A DNA stretch of 64,000 nucleotides from an uncultured virus (IMG/VR IMGVR_UViG_3300020438_003889) (lineage: Duplodnaviria; Heunggongvirae; Uroviricota; Caudoviricetes), in IMG/VR virus record IMGVR_UViG_3300020438_003889; one strand, written 5' to 3'. The translations under genes were made by a program, and so were the position numbers. Positions 18,432-28,773 of this stretch are shown piece by piece (position 1 is the first letter of the stretch; the number at the start of each line of letters is the position of its first letter). Under the pieces are notes generated by a model, which was not told where the DNA came from, did not search any database, and saw only the letters and a program-made list of their open reading frames with translations.

Positions 18432-19627
18432 AAATCTTCTATCTCCGGTAATGTCTTTCTCCAGTTCGTGTTCCTTGCAAGATCTAAATCTTCCAAATAC
18501 TCGTAAAGTTTATCTCCTAATTCTTCCCAATAGTCTTTGTCTATCATTACATTCAAATAGAACTGTTGATTTGGTATATTACAACTCTTAAATTTTTCTA
18601 CTACTTTTGCTTTGAATTCCCATGGCAGATTTTCTAATGCCATATGTCTAGGTGTTTGCACCCAGTCTGCTAATCTAAAATCTATGTTCTTCCATCTTTC
18701 TGTGCAATACTTGTATGTTTCTGGTAGGTGCCAAATGTTTGTGTTGTATGCTGTCCAGTTGAAGTACGTTTCAAATCCTTGAGAGAGAGCATCTGTATCT
18801 CGTGGGTCGAATGTTACTTGCTCATTTAGATAATCTAAATGTTTTTCAACCGTTGCCCATTTTGTAGGAAACCTTAGTAATTCTGCAACGTCGTGTGTAG
18901 CATCTAGACTGATACCAAGTGTGCATCTACGAAATGCTTTTAACCAATCTACTTTTTGTTTATCAAGTAGTGTTCCGTTTGTTACATAGTACAACTCTAT
19001 GTGTGTTTTATTGTTTTCGTATAACCATTTAAGCAATTGGTTGTGTTCCTTACTTGCTAATGGCTCTCCACCTAGGAAAGATAATTTTGTTATTTGATCT
19101 GCATTCTCTCTAATATACGTCCAAATGTCTCCGTCCTTATCTATAAAATCTTTGTGAGGTTTTTTGCTTGATGTATTCTCATATTTGTTTAACATCGCTT
19201 TATCTTCAAACCATTTTGAACTATTACCAGTCCAACAATGCACACATTTTAAATTACAAATGTTTCCAACTCTTACGTCTATGTGTATAGGTGCAAAATT
19301 TACACTACCGTCTTGATTAGTTTTGTTTCTCCAATAATCTATATCAAACTGTTTGATATCGTTAGTGTCTTGCCTTTTACTTTTTGTTGCTTTTAATTCT
19401 TCTTGCACATAACATTTTTGACAGTTGGCATTTTTTGTACCGTTAAGCATATCTAGTCTCAACTTCTTATAGAATGTACTGTTCCATGCTTCGTCTGTCG
19501 TCATGTTATTTAGATTAGGATTTAATCTGTTAGGCGAACTTCTGCCACACGGTCGTATTGTTCCCCAGGTATTCATACCCAAAGATGTCCATGCTAATAC
19601 ACAGGCTACGCCGTTGTCTTTTTTCAT
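18419..19627 (-). CDS. radical SAM protein (subfamily C)
   Basis: ACVLAW...RPC...CQKC, then CNLKCVHC, LGGEP, TNGT. Confidence 0.9.
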   Translation of the reverse strand: MKKDNGVACVLAWTSLGMNTWGTIRPCGRSSPNRLNPNLNNMTTDEAWNSTFYKKLRLDMLNGTKNANCQKCYVQEELKATKSKRQDTNDIKQFDIDYWRNKTNQDGSVNFAPIHIDVRVGNICNLKCVHCWTGNSSKWFEDKAMLNKYENTSSKKPHKDFIDKDGDIWTYIRENADQITKLSFLGGEPLASKEHNQLLKWLYENNKTHIELYYVTNGTLLDKQKVDWLKAFRRCTLGISLDATHDVAELLRFPTKWATVEKHLDYLNEQVTFDPRDTDALSQGFETYFNWTAYNTNIWHLPETYKYCTERWKNIDFRLADWVQTPRHMALENLPWEFKAKVVEKFKSCNIPNQQFYLNVMIDKDYWEELGDKLYEYLEDLDLARNTNWRKTLPEIEDLWQN

Positions 19628-20451
19628 TTTACTAATTTCCTTAATAGCGGTCTAACTCCTACAGGACGATTTCCGTCCCATGCAAGATGTATCGCTTTCG
19701 TGGGTGTAAGATTATATTCTTCACACACTTTTTTATATGCTTCTCCGTATTTGTTCTGCCAAAAGTCTGCTCCAAACCTGTCTATAAATTTTGTACCCAT
19801 CCACACTAAAATTTGACTGTTCATTGCAAAATCGTTGATAATTGAAACTGGACCTGTCCATCTTTCTCGACAGTAACGTACTCCAATTCTGTTTGCTCCT
19901 AGACCTAAAGACTTACTTAGACTAAAAGCAATACTTTTTATACTTGGCTCGCTAATAGAAAACTGTATATCCCTACAAGCGCCGTACCAACAAGCATCAA
20001 TGTGTACATTAACATTTCTATCGTTGCTAATACCTATAATTTTTTTCATATCAGGATGTACGTCTCCATAATAAGGAAAAGGCATACTGACAATTAGATT
20101 ATCTCCTTCTTCTAACTCTTCGGGTTTCTTAACTGTTAAATTATCTCCGTATAATCTCCAATGGTATCTGTACTCATTTTCTAAAACCACACACTTCCTT
20201 GTTTGCCAAAGATCATCTAAGAACTGTGTTACTCCTAGAATTACATCTCTATCCTGGAAATAGTCAAATCCTTCTATTTTGTTAAGTTTACTAGATATTA
20301 ACCAATTATGGAACTTATCTTTAAAATCTTCTATCAACTTGTCTGGTTCTGACGCAAAGTTTTCGCCTGAAGTTAAAATTTCTGCAATATAACTGTGTAC
20401 TTCTGAATCGTACATACTTTGGGGTCTTGTATATTGTAATAATTCTCTCAT
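19624..20451 (-). CDS. PLP-dependent (fold type I) aminotransferase-like protein
   Basis: VHIDACW (PLP-binding Asp) and FSLSKSLG...RIG (Schiff-base Lys); likely start MRELL at 20451 (TAATG overlap). Confidence 0.6.
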   Translation of the reverse strand: MRELLQYTRPQSMYDSEVHSYIAEILTSGENFASEPDKLIEDFKDKFHNWLISSKLNKIEGFDYFQDRDVILGVTQFLDDLWQTRKCVVLENEYRYHWRLYGDNLTVKKPEELEEGDNLIVSMPFPYYGDVHPDMKKIIGISNDRNVNVHIDACWYGACRDIQFSISEPSIKSIAFSLSKSLGLGANRIGVRYCRERWTGPVSIINDFAMNSQILVWMGTKFIDRFGADFWQNKYGEAYKKVCEEYNLTPTKAIHLAWDGNRPVGVRPLLRKLVK

Positions 20452-21587
20452 TATAGTCCCATCCTTTTTACAAAGTCTTTTGGCAACCATTTGTTTGATG
20501 GCATCATTGGATCATCTAGTTGACCTTTATCATTAAACGTCCATCTTTCACTTTTAATAATAAAAAACCTTATACCTATATCCTTGGCCATTTGTCTTGC
20601 TTCATCTACTTGGTGTTCATTATGTTTAAACACAATAAACTGCCATTCGTTTAATCTCATCTTGTATTCTGCACCTATTTTCATTGCAGTAATAGAATCG
20701 TCAAATCTATGATACTTTCTATATAGATGTGCTGTATCTTTTAATCCGTCTACTCCAAAAATCACACGATCTCTTTCTGGATCTAATAGACTGAAATACT
20801 CTCTCCACCATTCTTCTGTTTTACCTGATCCGTTTGTATGCAACCATATTTCCTGACCTTCTGTTGATTTTGAATTTTCCTTGAGATATTTTACTATATC
20901 TATTAAATGAGGATTGTATATTGCGTCTCCCACTGATCCACATAAGTTATAATTTCTAAATCGCATACCGTCGCCAACAATTTTTTTAAAATCTTCTAAA
21001 GTTAATTCGTCTTTTAATACTTCTCTCCTTTGTCCTTGGTTAGGTCCATGTGTTATAAACCTCGAACACTTAGGACATCCTAATCTGCATCTGTGAGTCA
21101 TGTCTATTTGAATCTTACGAGATCCTGCAAACTTGCCATCCACATACGGACTTATAGTTTTTAATGCTCCGGATTTTTTAGAATATCCAAATCCTTCTTC
21201 TTCCTTATTTGCTGTAACAGTCGTTGGATCTTCTGTATAACATTTTTTAATACATCTTTTCGGCAATCTATCTAGATCCTCTTGAGTAAGCACAGGTTTC
21301 TCTAGAGCCGCAAAAAACTTTCTATAGATATCCGTTTCAAACACACTACCTATAGAATCATGATTGTCTAAATTAGTCTGTGGATCACGCAACCATTTTA
21401 CATGATGTATCGGCCACTCGTTATCTCCCTGTCCACCTTCCCACTCTGGAGCATTAGACTCCCATCCATGGTCAGTAAAATAACAACAAGGTCTTACGAA
21501 CTTGTCATGAGTAAGATAATACGGTCTACCTCTCATACACTTCGGTGCCCATACTTTGTTGCTATCAAGTTTCGGTTTACTTCTCAT
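20451..21587 (-). CDS. radical SAM protein (subfamily B, circularly permuted: Cys-rich domain N-terminal)
   Basis: N-terminal C...RPCC...CIKKC, then CRLGCPKC, GSVGDA, TNGS, FGVDGL, FKHNEHQ. Confidence 0.88.
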   Translation of the reverse strand: MRSKPKLDSNKVWAPKCMRGRPYYLTHDKFVRPCCYFTDHGWESNAPEWEGGQGDNEWPIHHVKWLRDPQTNLDNHDSIGSVFETDIYRKFFAALEKPVLTQEDLDRLPKRCIKKCYTEDPTTVTANKEEEGFGYSKKSGALKTISPYVDGKFAGSRKIQIDMTHRCRLGCPKCSRFITHGPNQGQRREVLKDELTLEDFKKIVGDGMRFRNYNLCGSVGDAIYNPHLIDIVKYLKENSKSTEGQEIWLHTNGSGKTEEWWREYFSLLDPERDRVIFGVDGLKDTAHLYRKYHRFDDSITAMKIGAEYKMRLNEWQFIVFKHNEHQVDEARQMAKDIGIRFFIIKSERWTFNDKGQLDDPMMPSNKWLPKDFVKRMGL

Positions 21588-22158
21588 CTTTTAACCTTAT
21601 TTCATCTAGACATAGTTCACTGATGTTTACATTTCTTGGTTGATTTACTAACCATTCAATTGTGTTTGCTACATAATCTAATTTTAGTTTTGGTATTGCA
21701 GGATGTTTTTTATCTTCTACAGGAGTATGCATCCACCCAGGTGATAGATAGGTTACTTTGAACCCACTAAAGTTTTCTCCGGCAACCATTTGACTTAATC
21801 CTCTACAATAAGATCTTAATGCTTTCTTTTCTCCCGGGTATAACCATGTACTTGCTTTAACTGGAGTATCCGCACTAGAACCTATTGCAATAATATAACC
21901 TTCATGCTCATTTTCTTTCCAACGTTTTGCAACTTCTTGCACCAGTGACGTTTGATGAAACTTCCATAACGAACTTACACTAATAAACACATCATAATCT
22001 AAACTCATCTCTGCAACTTCTCTTTGATTCTTTAACTGACAAAGATCCATTTGTAATCCAGATGTTCTACTTACAAATGTTGCATCTGGCCATTTTTCAG
22101 ACAATGCACTGCTTAATCCGTAGTTTTGATTTCCAGCAACTAGTATTTTTTTATTCAT
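21577..22158 (-). CDS. short-chain dehydrogenase/reductase-like protein
   Basis: N-terminal ILVAG...G, IGSS, YPGEK (YxxxK), SPGW. Confidence 0.65.
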   Translation of the reverse strand: MNKKILVAGNQNYGLSSALSEKWPDATFVSRTSGLQMDLCQLKNQREVAEMSLDYDVFISVSSLWKFHQTSLVQEVAKRWKENEHEGYIIAIGSSADTPVKASTWLYPGEKKALRSYCRGLSQMVAGENFSGFKVTYLSPGWMHTPVEDKKHPAIPKLKLDYVANTIEWLVNQPRNVNISELCLDEIRLKDEK

Positions 22159-23398
22159 CTAGTAACCTCGCAAATTCTGGCACGACTTTTCTAAAATCTT
22201 CTCCTCTTTTTTTATCAAGTTTTGACGTGTAATCTTGAAAAGCATTCTTTTGTTCTGCCCATAGGTCTTCGCTGTTTGTGTATTTTAAAATATAATCCCA
22301 ATTTTGCTGTTGCCTTTCTGTCGGAGCATTTACTAATTTGTTTGCTACAATTTTTTTGGCCCATTGAGGTAATGTTGTGCAACTGATGTATTGAGGGTGT
22401 AAACAGTGAGTATGATTTACCCATGCTTCGTTGTCAAAATTTTGAAAATAATGTTTATTCATCATGTCTGCCCACCACTTTGTAATATTAGGTATGTCTA
22501 GAACGTTCATTAAAGTAATTGTTGGTCTTGTACCTACTATAACTTTCATTTGTTTGCTCAATCTCATTAATGTTTCAACTACTTTTTCAACTTGTTCCCA
22601 CTTTGTTGGATGTCGTTGGTATTCAATAACTGGTCCAACTCCGTCTATACTCGTTGCAAATTCTACTTTCTTAAACTTACTCCAAATATTAATAAGTTTA
22701 TCTGTTGGCATCACTGTACAGTTTGTTGAATAATTCAAATATACTTCGTGTGCTCTGCCCATGTCTACTATTTTTTCAAGTATTTGTCTATACTCTGGAA
22801 TTAAGAAAGGTTCTCCACCTGTCATTTTTATATGTCTTATAGTCGGCAGTACTGAATCTAACTTTCTTATATCAATTACATTGTCTTTATTACTTTGTGC
22901 TACTACATCATCTATTTGTGTATCAGTTATAGTGTGGGCAGGATGTTTTACTCCAATAACATATTCTTTTACTGCTTTCCAATCTTTGTACCAGTGAGTA
23001 CTATAATACGGTCCACACATTCTACAACCTAAATTACATCTATTACTAAAACTTAATTCTAACCATGTAATTGCTGGCTTATCCTTTTTTGAATCTCTGT
23101 GCAAGTATCCAATGTCGCCTTCTGTTCTATTATAGATCTGTCGTAAACTTCTTTTTTTACCTCCATCTTCTTCTTGCCAGCATTTTATACACCCAGGGTT
23201 TCTTATACCGTTAGCAAGATCATGACGTAATTTTGTTTGGTGGTCTCCTAAGAATACACTTGATAATTCTCTTTCACTCTTAATATTATTTCTTACGCCT
23301 TTAGGCATAACATATCTGCAACAAGGTTTGATATTACCAAAAGGACCTAGGAACTGATGGTTCCATGCCATTGAACAAAATGTATCCATTTGTGCCAT
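22151..23398 (-). CDS. radical SAM protein (subfamily C)
   Basis: FCSMAW...KPCC...CIKC, then CNLGCRMC, TGGEP. Confidence 0.9.
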   Translation of the reverse strand: MAQMDTFCSMAWNHQFLGPFGNIKPCCRYVMPKGVRNNIKSERELSSVFLGDHQTKLRHDLANGIRNPGCIKCWQEEDGGKKRSLRQIYNRTEGDIGYLHRDSKKDKPAITWLELSFSNRCNLGCRMCGPYYSTHWYKDWKAVKEYVIGVKHPAHTITDTQIDDVVAQSNKDNVIDIRKLDSVLPTIRHIKMTGGEPFLIPEYRQILEKIVDMGRAHEVYLNYSTNCTVMPTDKLINIWSKFKKVEFATSIDGVGPVIEYQRHPTKWEQVEKVVETLMRLSKQMKVIVGTRPTITLMNVLDIPNITKWWADMMNKHYFQNFDNEAWVNHTHCLHPQYISCTTLPQWAKKIVANKLVNAPTERQQQNWDYILKYTNSEDLWAEQKNAFQDYTSKLDKKRGEDFRKVVPEFARLLDE

Positions 23399-24819
23399 TA
23401 CAATAATCCTTTAAAAATTGGAAACACTTGTAAAAATTTGTCATCCCAATTACGTTGTTTGTTTAAAAGGTTAATCCATTCTTGTGTTTGTGGGAATCTT
23501 TCATTCCAATCCTCTGCCATCATAAAGTTAATAACACCCTGGAATCTTTTCTTTCCGTATACAGCACCCATAAACTCTTCTCTTGTTATTCCTGCTTCTT
23601 TTACTCCTGTAAATCTTTGCCAATTTTCGTCAATCCAAGGATAGAATTCATTTTCATATTTGTCTTTTATCTGTTGTTTTACACTCTGAGGTAAAACTTT
23701 GACATTTAATTGAGGAGGCCAATAAGCAAAGTGCATATTGATACCACCAGCACCTAGAGGCCACTTATTAATTTTTTTAAATCCTTGATCTACTTTCCAC
23801 TGTGTAAGTTCTGGCAAGTATGCAACGTTTAATGCCATTATAGTTGTTGCTGTTGTTATTTCGTGTCGAGGATGTGTTTCATCTAATATGTGGAATACTT
23901 CTTCTTGTCTTTTCCATAAAGAAGGGTACCTAATATAATCATTTTGTTCTCCTAGTGCATCAATCGAATAGTGAAATCTTACCCTTTTGAATTCGTCCCA
24001 TAAATCAAATAAGTCATCTCTCCATTCTACAGCATTTGAATTGTATCTTAATTCTATATTCTTTGCATGACCACGTTTAATACACTCTTCTAATAACTCA
24101 TAGTGTTCGTCAATGATTAATGCTTCGCCTCCAGCAAAATATAACTGATACATATTAGGTATTTGGTCCATTAAGTCTGCCCAAAACTTTGGATTGTTCT
24201 TGTGCCAGTTATAACTAGCACCGTGATCCTTACCTTTGTTATTCCATGATGATGTGCTTTTTAGTTTTTCGTTTTTTATCTGTGGATGCATCTGTTGCCA
24301 CTCTTTAATCCATCCTGATGAATCATGTGGAGAACACATTACACAGGCTAATTGACATTTACTTCCTAAACGTAAATCAATATATCTAATTTTTACAGGT
24401 ACAGATCCATCTTCTTTAGTTTGACCTATCATATCGTCTAATGTAAATCTGTTTAACCAATATTCTGTTTCCCAATTTCTTTTGCTGTAATGACCTGCAT
24501 CTTCTTCTTTGTAACATTTTAAACATGGTGCTGGTTTTTCTCCTCGCAACATCATTTTACGTACATTACGCATATAAGATGAATTCCATGCTTCTTCTAA
24601 TGTTGTTGTGTTAAAGTTTGCTGGTACTCCGTCTTCTCTTTTTACAACACCGACTTGTCCGCCACCAACTTTTTTATTTGAATCTGGATCTTGTACGGAA
24701 CTTGCATTTGATGTACAACAGGTTCTCATACTTCCGTCTGGTCTACTGCTTAAATGCATCCAAGGTAATGCACAAAAAGTATTTGATGGCAATTTAAATT
24801 TACTACGTTCTTCACTCAT
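23398..24819 (-). CDS. radical SAM protein (subfamily C)
   Basis: FCALPW...TCC...CLKC, then CQLACVMC, AGGEA. Confidence 0.9.
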   Translation of the reverse strand: MSEERSKFKLPSNTFCALPWMHLSSRPDGSMRTCCTSNASSVQDPDSNKKVGGGQVGVVKREDGVPANFNTTTLEEAWNSSYMRNVRKMMLRGEKPAPCLKCYKEEDAGHYSKRNWETEYWLNRFTLDDMIGQTKEDGSVPVKIRYIDLRLGSKCQLACVMCSPHDSSGWIKEWQQMHPQIKNEKLKSTSSWNNKGKDHGASYNWHKNNPKFWADLMDQIPNMYQLYFAGGEALIIDEHYELLEECIKRGHAKNIELRYNSNAVEWRDDLFDLWDEFKRVRFHYSIDALGEQNDYIRYPSLWKRQEEVFHILDETHPRHEITTATTIMALNVAYLPELTQWKVDQGFKKINKWPLGAGGINMHFAYWPPQLNVKVLPQSVKQQIKDKYENEFYPWIDENWQRFTGVKEAGITREEFMGAVYGKKRFQGVINFMMAEDWNERFPQTQEWINLLNKQRNWDDKFLQVFPIFKGLL

Positions 24820-25909
24820 ATTGAGACCCCACTACGTCAAACTGTTTTGTGCATTTCATTGCACACACTTTTATTCTTCCATTATTACAACCTTGCTTAT
24901 CCCAACTAGATGCAATATCATCCATTATACCTGTTGCAAAAACTCCTTCTAGTCCGTACTTTGTTGCTTTTAATTTTTCTTTGCCTCCTGCTTTATCAAT
25001 ATATTGCCATATCTGTTCTACTTTTGGATCTTTATGCCACCATTTGTACATACGACCTGCTGTCCAACAACAAGGCATTATTATTCCCTCGGCACTCAAA
25101 TATATACTTCCTGTTTTTGCTACTCTGCAGGCAATTTCCGCAACATCATAAAATTTATCCATGCTACCGTATTTTTCTACTAAACTATTACGTTTTAGTA
25201 GTGCTGGGTTTTTTAATGCTTTGCTACTTGGCTCCTTTAACAGTTGCGTTTTTTTACCTTTTCTGTTTTGTCCTTGGTGACTTTCTTTTTTCTCTGACGT
25301 GTGTCCAGTAATAAATCTTGAACTTTTTTTGACCACAAATTCTTCTACTCCCCACTGTTTTGCTTTGGCACGTGCTTCTTCTATTTGATGTTCATTGAAG
25401 TCAAACACAAGAAAATCCCATCTTGCTCTACCGCCGCCCTCAATAAATGCGTGAAATGATCTTTCAACTATTTTCCATTGAACGTTTTGTCTATATAAAT
25501 GATTTGTATCTTCTAATCCGTCTACTGAAAATATTACTCTTCCGTTTTGTCCTAAAGTTTGTGCTAAACTATACCACCAAAAATCATCTTTGGCTCCAGC
25601 ATTTGTATTCATGCTCAACCACATATCAGGATTGTGCTCTCTAAAATATTGTAAAACTTCTAATGTGTCTCTGGCAACAATAGGATCACCGTGGTTTCCA
25701 CATAGTTGCATGGCTTTAAGTTGCTTAATAAATTTTGGTTTGAATATGCTTTTTATATCATCTAATGTTAGTTCGTCTAAAACTCCATTACACCCTAGAT
25801 GGGGATTGATTGCTCCTCCGTTTATATTACGATCGCACATCGTACAAGCGGCTTGGCACTTCTGCGTGATTTCTAGGTGGATTTGCCGAATGTCTTCTAA
25901 TTTATACAT
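24812..25909 (-). CDS. radical SAM protein (subfamily B, C-terminal SPASM/Twitch)
   Basis: CQAACTMC, GNHGDP, FSVDGL, FDFNEHQ; C-terminal C...PCC...CAMKC. Confidence 0.9.
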   Translation of the reverse strand: MYKLEDIRQIHLEITQKCQAACTMCDRNINGGAINPHLGCNGVLDELTLDDIKSIFKPKFIKQLKAMQLCGNHGDPIVARDTLEVLQYFREHNPDMWLSMNTNAGAKDDFWWYSLAQTLGQNGRVIFSVDGLEDTNHLYRQNVQWKIVERSFHAFIEGGGRARWDFLVFDFNEHQIEEARAKAKQWGVEEFVVKKSSRFITGHTSEKKESHQGQNRKGKKTQLLKEPSSKALKNPALLKRNSLVEKYGSMDKFYDVAEIACRVAKTGSIYLSAEGIIMPCCWTAGRMYKWWHKDPKVEQIWQYIDKAGGKEKLKATKYGLEGVFATGIMDDIASSWDKQGCNNGRIKVCAMKCTKQFDVVGSQYE

Positions 25910-25971
25910 ATAATTTCCAAGTTATTATAATCTAATCCTAGCGGATTTAAGATTCTTTTACTCAAGTGTAT

Positions 25972-26196
25972 TTATTTGTCCAATATTAATGATACTGCTG
26001 TACCTGGTCCTTTCTTCGAAGGAAGGTCTCCATGCTTGTTGATATAATCTTCAAGTATGGCCTTATACCATGCCTGACTGTTATGGTGTGCTTTTTTATT
26101 ATATTTGTGTATGTTGTCACTGGTTGCATCGAAGGTTGCTAATGCTCTAGCACTCTCTTTTTGCAATTCTCTCAATGTTAAATTATCTAATTCCAA
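25972..26196 (-). CDS. hypothetical protein
   Basis: 74 aa ORF overlapping the upstream gene. Confidence 0.65.
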   Translation of the reverse strand: MELDNLTLRELQKESARALATFDATSDNIHKYNKKAHHNSQAWYKAILEDYINKHGDLPSKKGPGTAVSLILDK

Positions 26197-26959
26197 TTCT
26201 CATAAACCTGTTGTATTCACCCAAGTCTAATACGCCTTCGTATAAACTCTTAGACATAGGTGTTTGTTTTTCAAATTCTAATAAATTCTTAGAACAATTT
26301 ACGTGTCCTGTTTCTTCTGGAACATTAAAGTAATCGTTGGATTGTAATATAACTAATTTTCCTTGAGGAATTTTATCATACCATTTTTCAAACTCTGCGA
26401 TGTGTTCGCAACTGGTATTAATGATTGTATCCGGTACATCTGTTATTGTGTAACTCATTCTGTTGTTTTTTGAACTCCAAAAATTCCAGTCTAATGAATT
26501 ATAATCAATATCCATTATATCTTTTTCCAATGCTTTAAACTTCCACTGTTTTTCATACCAGGGTTTGTTGAACATTTCTGCTATCGGTATGCAACTTTTA
26601 TCAATATCAAAACTTAGAATCCTTTTAATATTAAGTTTCGCTTCAAATAACATGGTTGCTAAAGTTCCATACCAACCTGCACATAAAAAAATTGTTCCCA
26701 ACTCCGGATTTATTTTTTTTAATTCGCTAACTAGCCAAGTCTTACTTTGAATTTGTCCTCTGCTGATACAATCTTTATTAAATTTTTTATCGTTGTTTAA
26801 TTTTCTAACCGTATCAACAATTTGACTATCTGTCATTGTTGCTAATAATCTAAAGAAACTGTTCTCATCTTTGTCAATAAAAAATCTACGTAGGTCTGCA
26901 AAGCGTTCGTCGTCTTTGAACAGTACTTCAAATTTATCTAGTAGTTCATACAGTTGCAT
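26183..26959 (-). CDS. class I SAM-dependent methyltransferase-like protein
   Basis: FLCAGWYG (motif I-like), SFDID (acidic motif II), INTSCEH. Confidence 0.6.
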   Translation of the reverse strand: MQLYELLDKFEVLFKDDERFADLRRFFIDKDENSFFRLLATMTDSQIVDTVRKLNNDKKFNKDCISRGQIQSKTWLVSELKKINPELGTIFLCAGWYGTLATMLFEAKLNIKRILSFDIDKSCIPIAEMFNKPWYEKQWKFKALEKDIMDIDYNSLDWNFWSSKNNRMSYTITDVPDTIINTSCEHIAEFEKWYDKIPQGKLVILQSNDYFNVPEETGHVNCSKNLLEFEKQTPMSKSLYEGVLDLGEYNRFMRIGIR

Positions 26960-27623
26960 CAAATTGTTCCTTTAGCCATTCAAAATTGTTTATCATATGT
27001 AGTTTAACATGATCCCCTCTATGCTTTATTCCGTATTCTCTTCCTGCTTTTGCACCTGCAATAGCATAATCTCCAAACTCGCCATTGTTAACTGTACACC
27101 ATACATCTAATCTATCATCTGTTTCTTTATTTTCTTGTCTTTCAATTACTTTACTTGCAAGTTTAGTACATTCTCTAAAAGCAGATTTCCATGTGTTGTA
27201 TGGATCAGTATTAAATGCGGTAATGTTTGATACCTGTGCCATTGATCTAAATCGAGGACTAATGCTTGTTGTCATATCTGGTCTGTTTACATCTAACTCT
27301 AATGTTAATCTTCTCGGAAATAACTTAACTCCACCGTATCCATATGTTAAATCGTTTATTGGATTTTTGCATCTCCACACATGAACAATGTCTTCATCGT
27401 AGGGTTTGCAAGTGTATGAGAAATCAAAATTATCTAAAATAATTGCATCTGCATCAACTATCCAAAACATTTTTGTCCAACACATAGTTGCACCTTTTAT
27501 GTGTGCTTGGTGTAGTCCTTTTACTCCGTCTACTCTTTTTGCTGTTGGAAATCTCTTTAATAGATTTTGCCAGTTCTGTTCTTTTTGTTCTTCTTTATAT
27601 CCTATAAAAACTATATCATACAT
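26946..27623 (-). CDS. GT-A fold glycosyltransferase
   Basis: FWIVDAD (DxD), KRVDGVKG..QAH, YGYGGVK, WKSAFRE; paralogous to 33502-34428. Confidence 0.7.
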   Translation of the reverse strand: MYDIVFIGYKEEQKEQNWQNLLKRFPTAKRVDGVKGLHQAHIKGATMCWTKMFWIVDADAIILDNFDFSYTCKPYDEDIVHVWRCKNPINDLTYGYGGVKLFPRRLTLELDVNRPDMTTSISPRFRSMAQVSNITAFNTDPYNTWKSAFRECTKLASKVIERQENKETDDRLDVWCTVNNGEFGDYAIAGAKAGREYGIKHRGDHVKLHMINNFEWLKEQFDATV

Positions 27624-28773
27624 TTTTTGTATCACCGTAGTGTACTACATTTTTTTCCTTTGGATGTGTTCTCCATGGATCAAAAACAATAGTGGTTTCG
27701 TCAGTTGAAAATTGATCTTCTTCGTGTACTTTAAAAATAACATCAATTTTTTCTGCATTTCCATGGCTGATAATTCCTCCAAGTTCTTTAACGTAGTGCT
27801 GTACTAACAATGAATAAGAACCATCTGTAAGTTTGGTACCTGGTTTATATGAATCACTAGTAAAGTAAATCACGTTACCATGTTTTAATACTTCTTTTGC
27901 CATGTTTTTTGCCTGCATTTCTCTTGAGTCCATTATAGCACTAAACAGGTCATAATGCAAATCTAAGTTTTTGGCTAGATACCTTAATGCAATATTATCT
28001 CGCGGATGGCAGGCACCACCGTCTCCCATGCCCGGTTTCATATACTTTCCACTGGTAATTCTGTTTGTACTCTTTGCTAATGCATTTGTGACTACATCAA
28101 CATTTATATTACCAAGTTTGACAGCAACATCTTGTATCATATTAACAAAAGATAATTTTGCACTTATAAATGTATTATAAAATATTTTAATTGATTCTAC
28201 TTCTTCCCATGACCCAATTTCTATTCTCGGCATATTATCGCATAATTGCAAATACATACTTTCAAGTTTTTGTGCCAACACAGCAGTTTTAGGATTTCCT
28301 TTTTTAGTTCCTATCATTATCATTTCGGGATTAAGCATATCATCTGCTACTGTTCCCATAGCAATCAAATAAGGATTGTATAATAATTTTGTGTTGTCAA
28401 CTAATGGAGCAAGTTCTCTTCTTATCGTACCAGGCAATACTGTTGATATTAAAACTATTGCTTGTTCTTTGGTCATGTGTTTATTGATTCTTTTTAGTGT
28501 ATTTTTAACAATTTCGTAATCAAAATCTTTCGGCTCTAAATGTGATGTTGGCTTACTGCCGTCATAATCTTTATCATGTGGTGTAGGTACTGCAACAAAT
28601 ACAAAGTCCTTGTCTTTTACACAGTCTACAATGTCTTGCACAATGTCAATTTTAAAACTAGATTTGTGTTCACTGTCATAACCTGTTACTTCAAATCCTT
28701 TATCAACCATTGCTTCTGCACAAGGGTAACCTAATTTTCCTAGGCCAATAAATCCTATTTTTATTCCGTACAT
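27616..28773 (-). CDS. ugd: UDP-glucose/GDP-mannose 6-dehydrogenase family protein
   Basis: GLGKLG, AVPTP, STVLPG, YNP, K..YN, GGACHPRD (catalytic Cys), YKP, FDP. Confidence 0.9.
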   Translation of the reverse strand: MYGIKIGFIGLGKLGYPCAEAMVDKGFEVTGYDSEHKSSFKIDIVQDIVDCVKDKDFVFVAVPTPHDKDYDGSKPTSHLEPKDFDYEIVKNTLKRINKHMTKEQAIVLISTVLPGTIRRELAPLVDNTKLLYNPYLIAMGTVADDMLNPEMIMIGTKKGNPKTAVLAQKLESMYLQLCDNMPRIEIGSWEEVESIKIFYNTFISAKLSFVNMIQDVAVKLGNINVDVVTNALAKSTNRITSGKYMKPGMGDGGACHPRDNIALRYLAKNLDLHYDLFSAIMDSREMQAKNMAKEVLKHGNVIYFTSDSYKPGTKLTDGSYSLLVQHYVKELGGIISHGNAEKIDVIFKVHEEDQFSTDETTIVFDPWRTHPKEKNVVHYGDTKNV

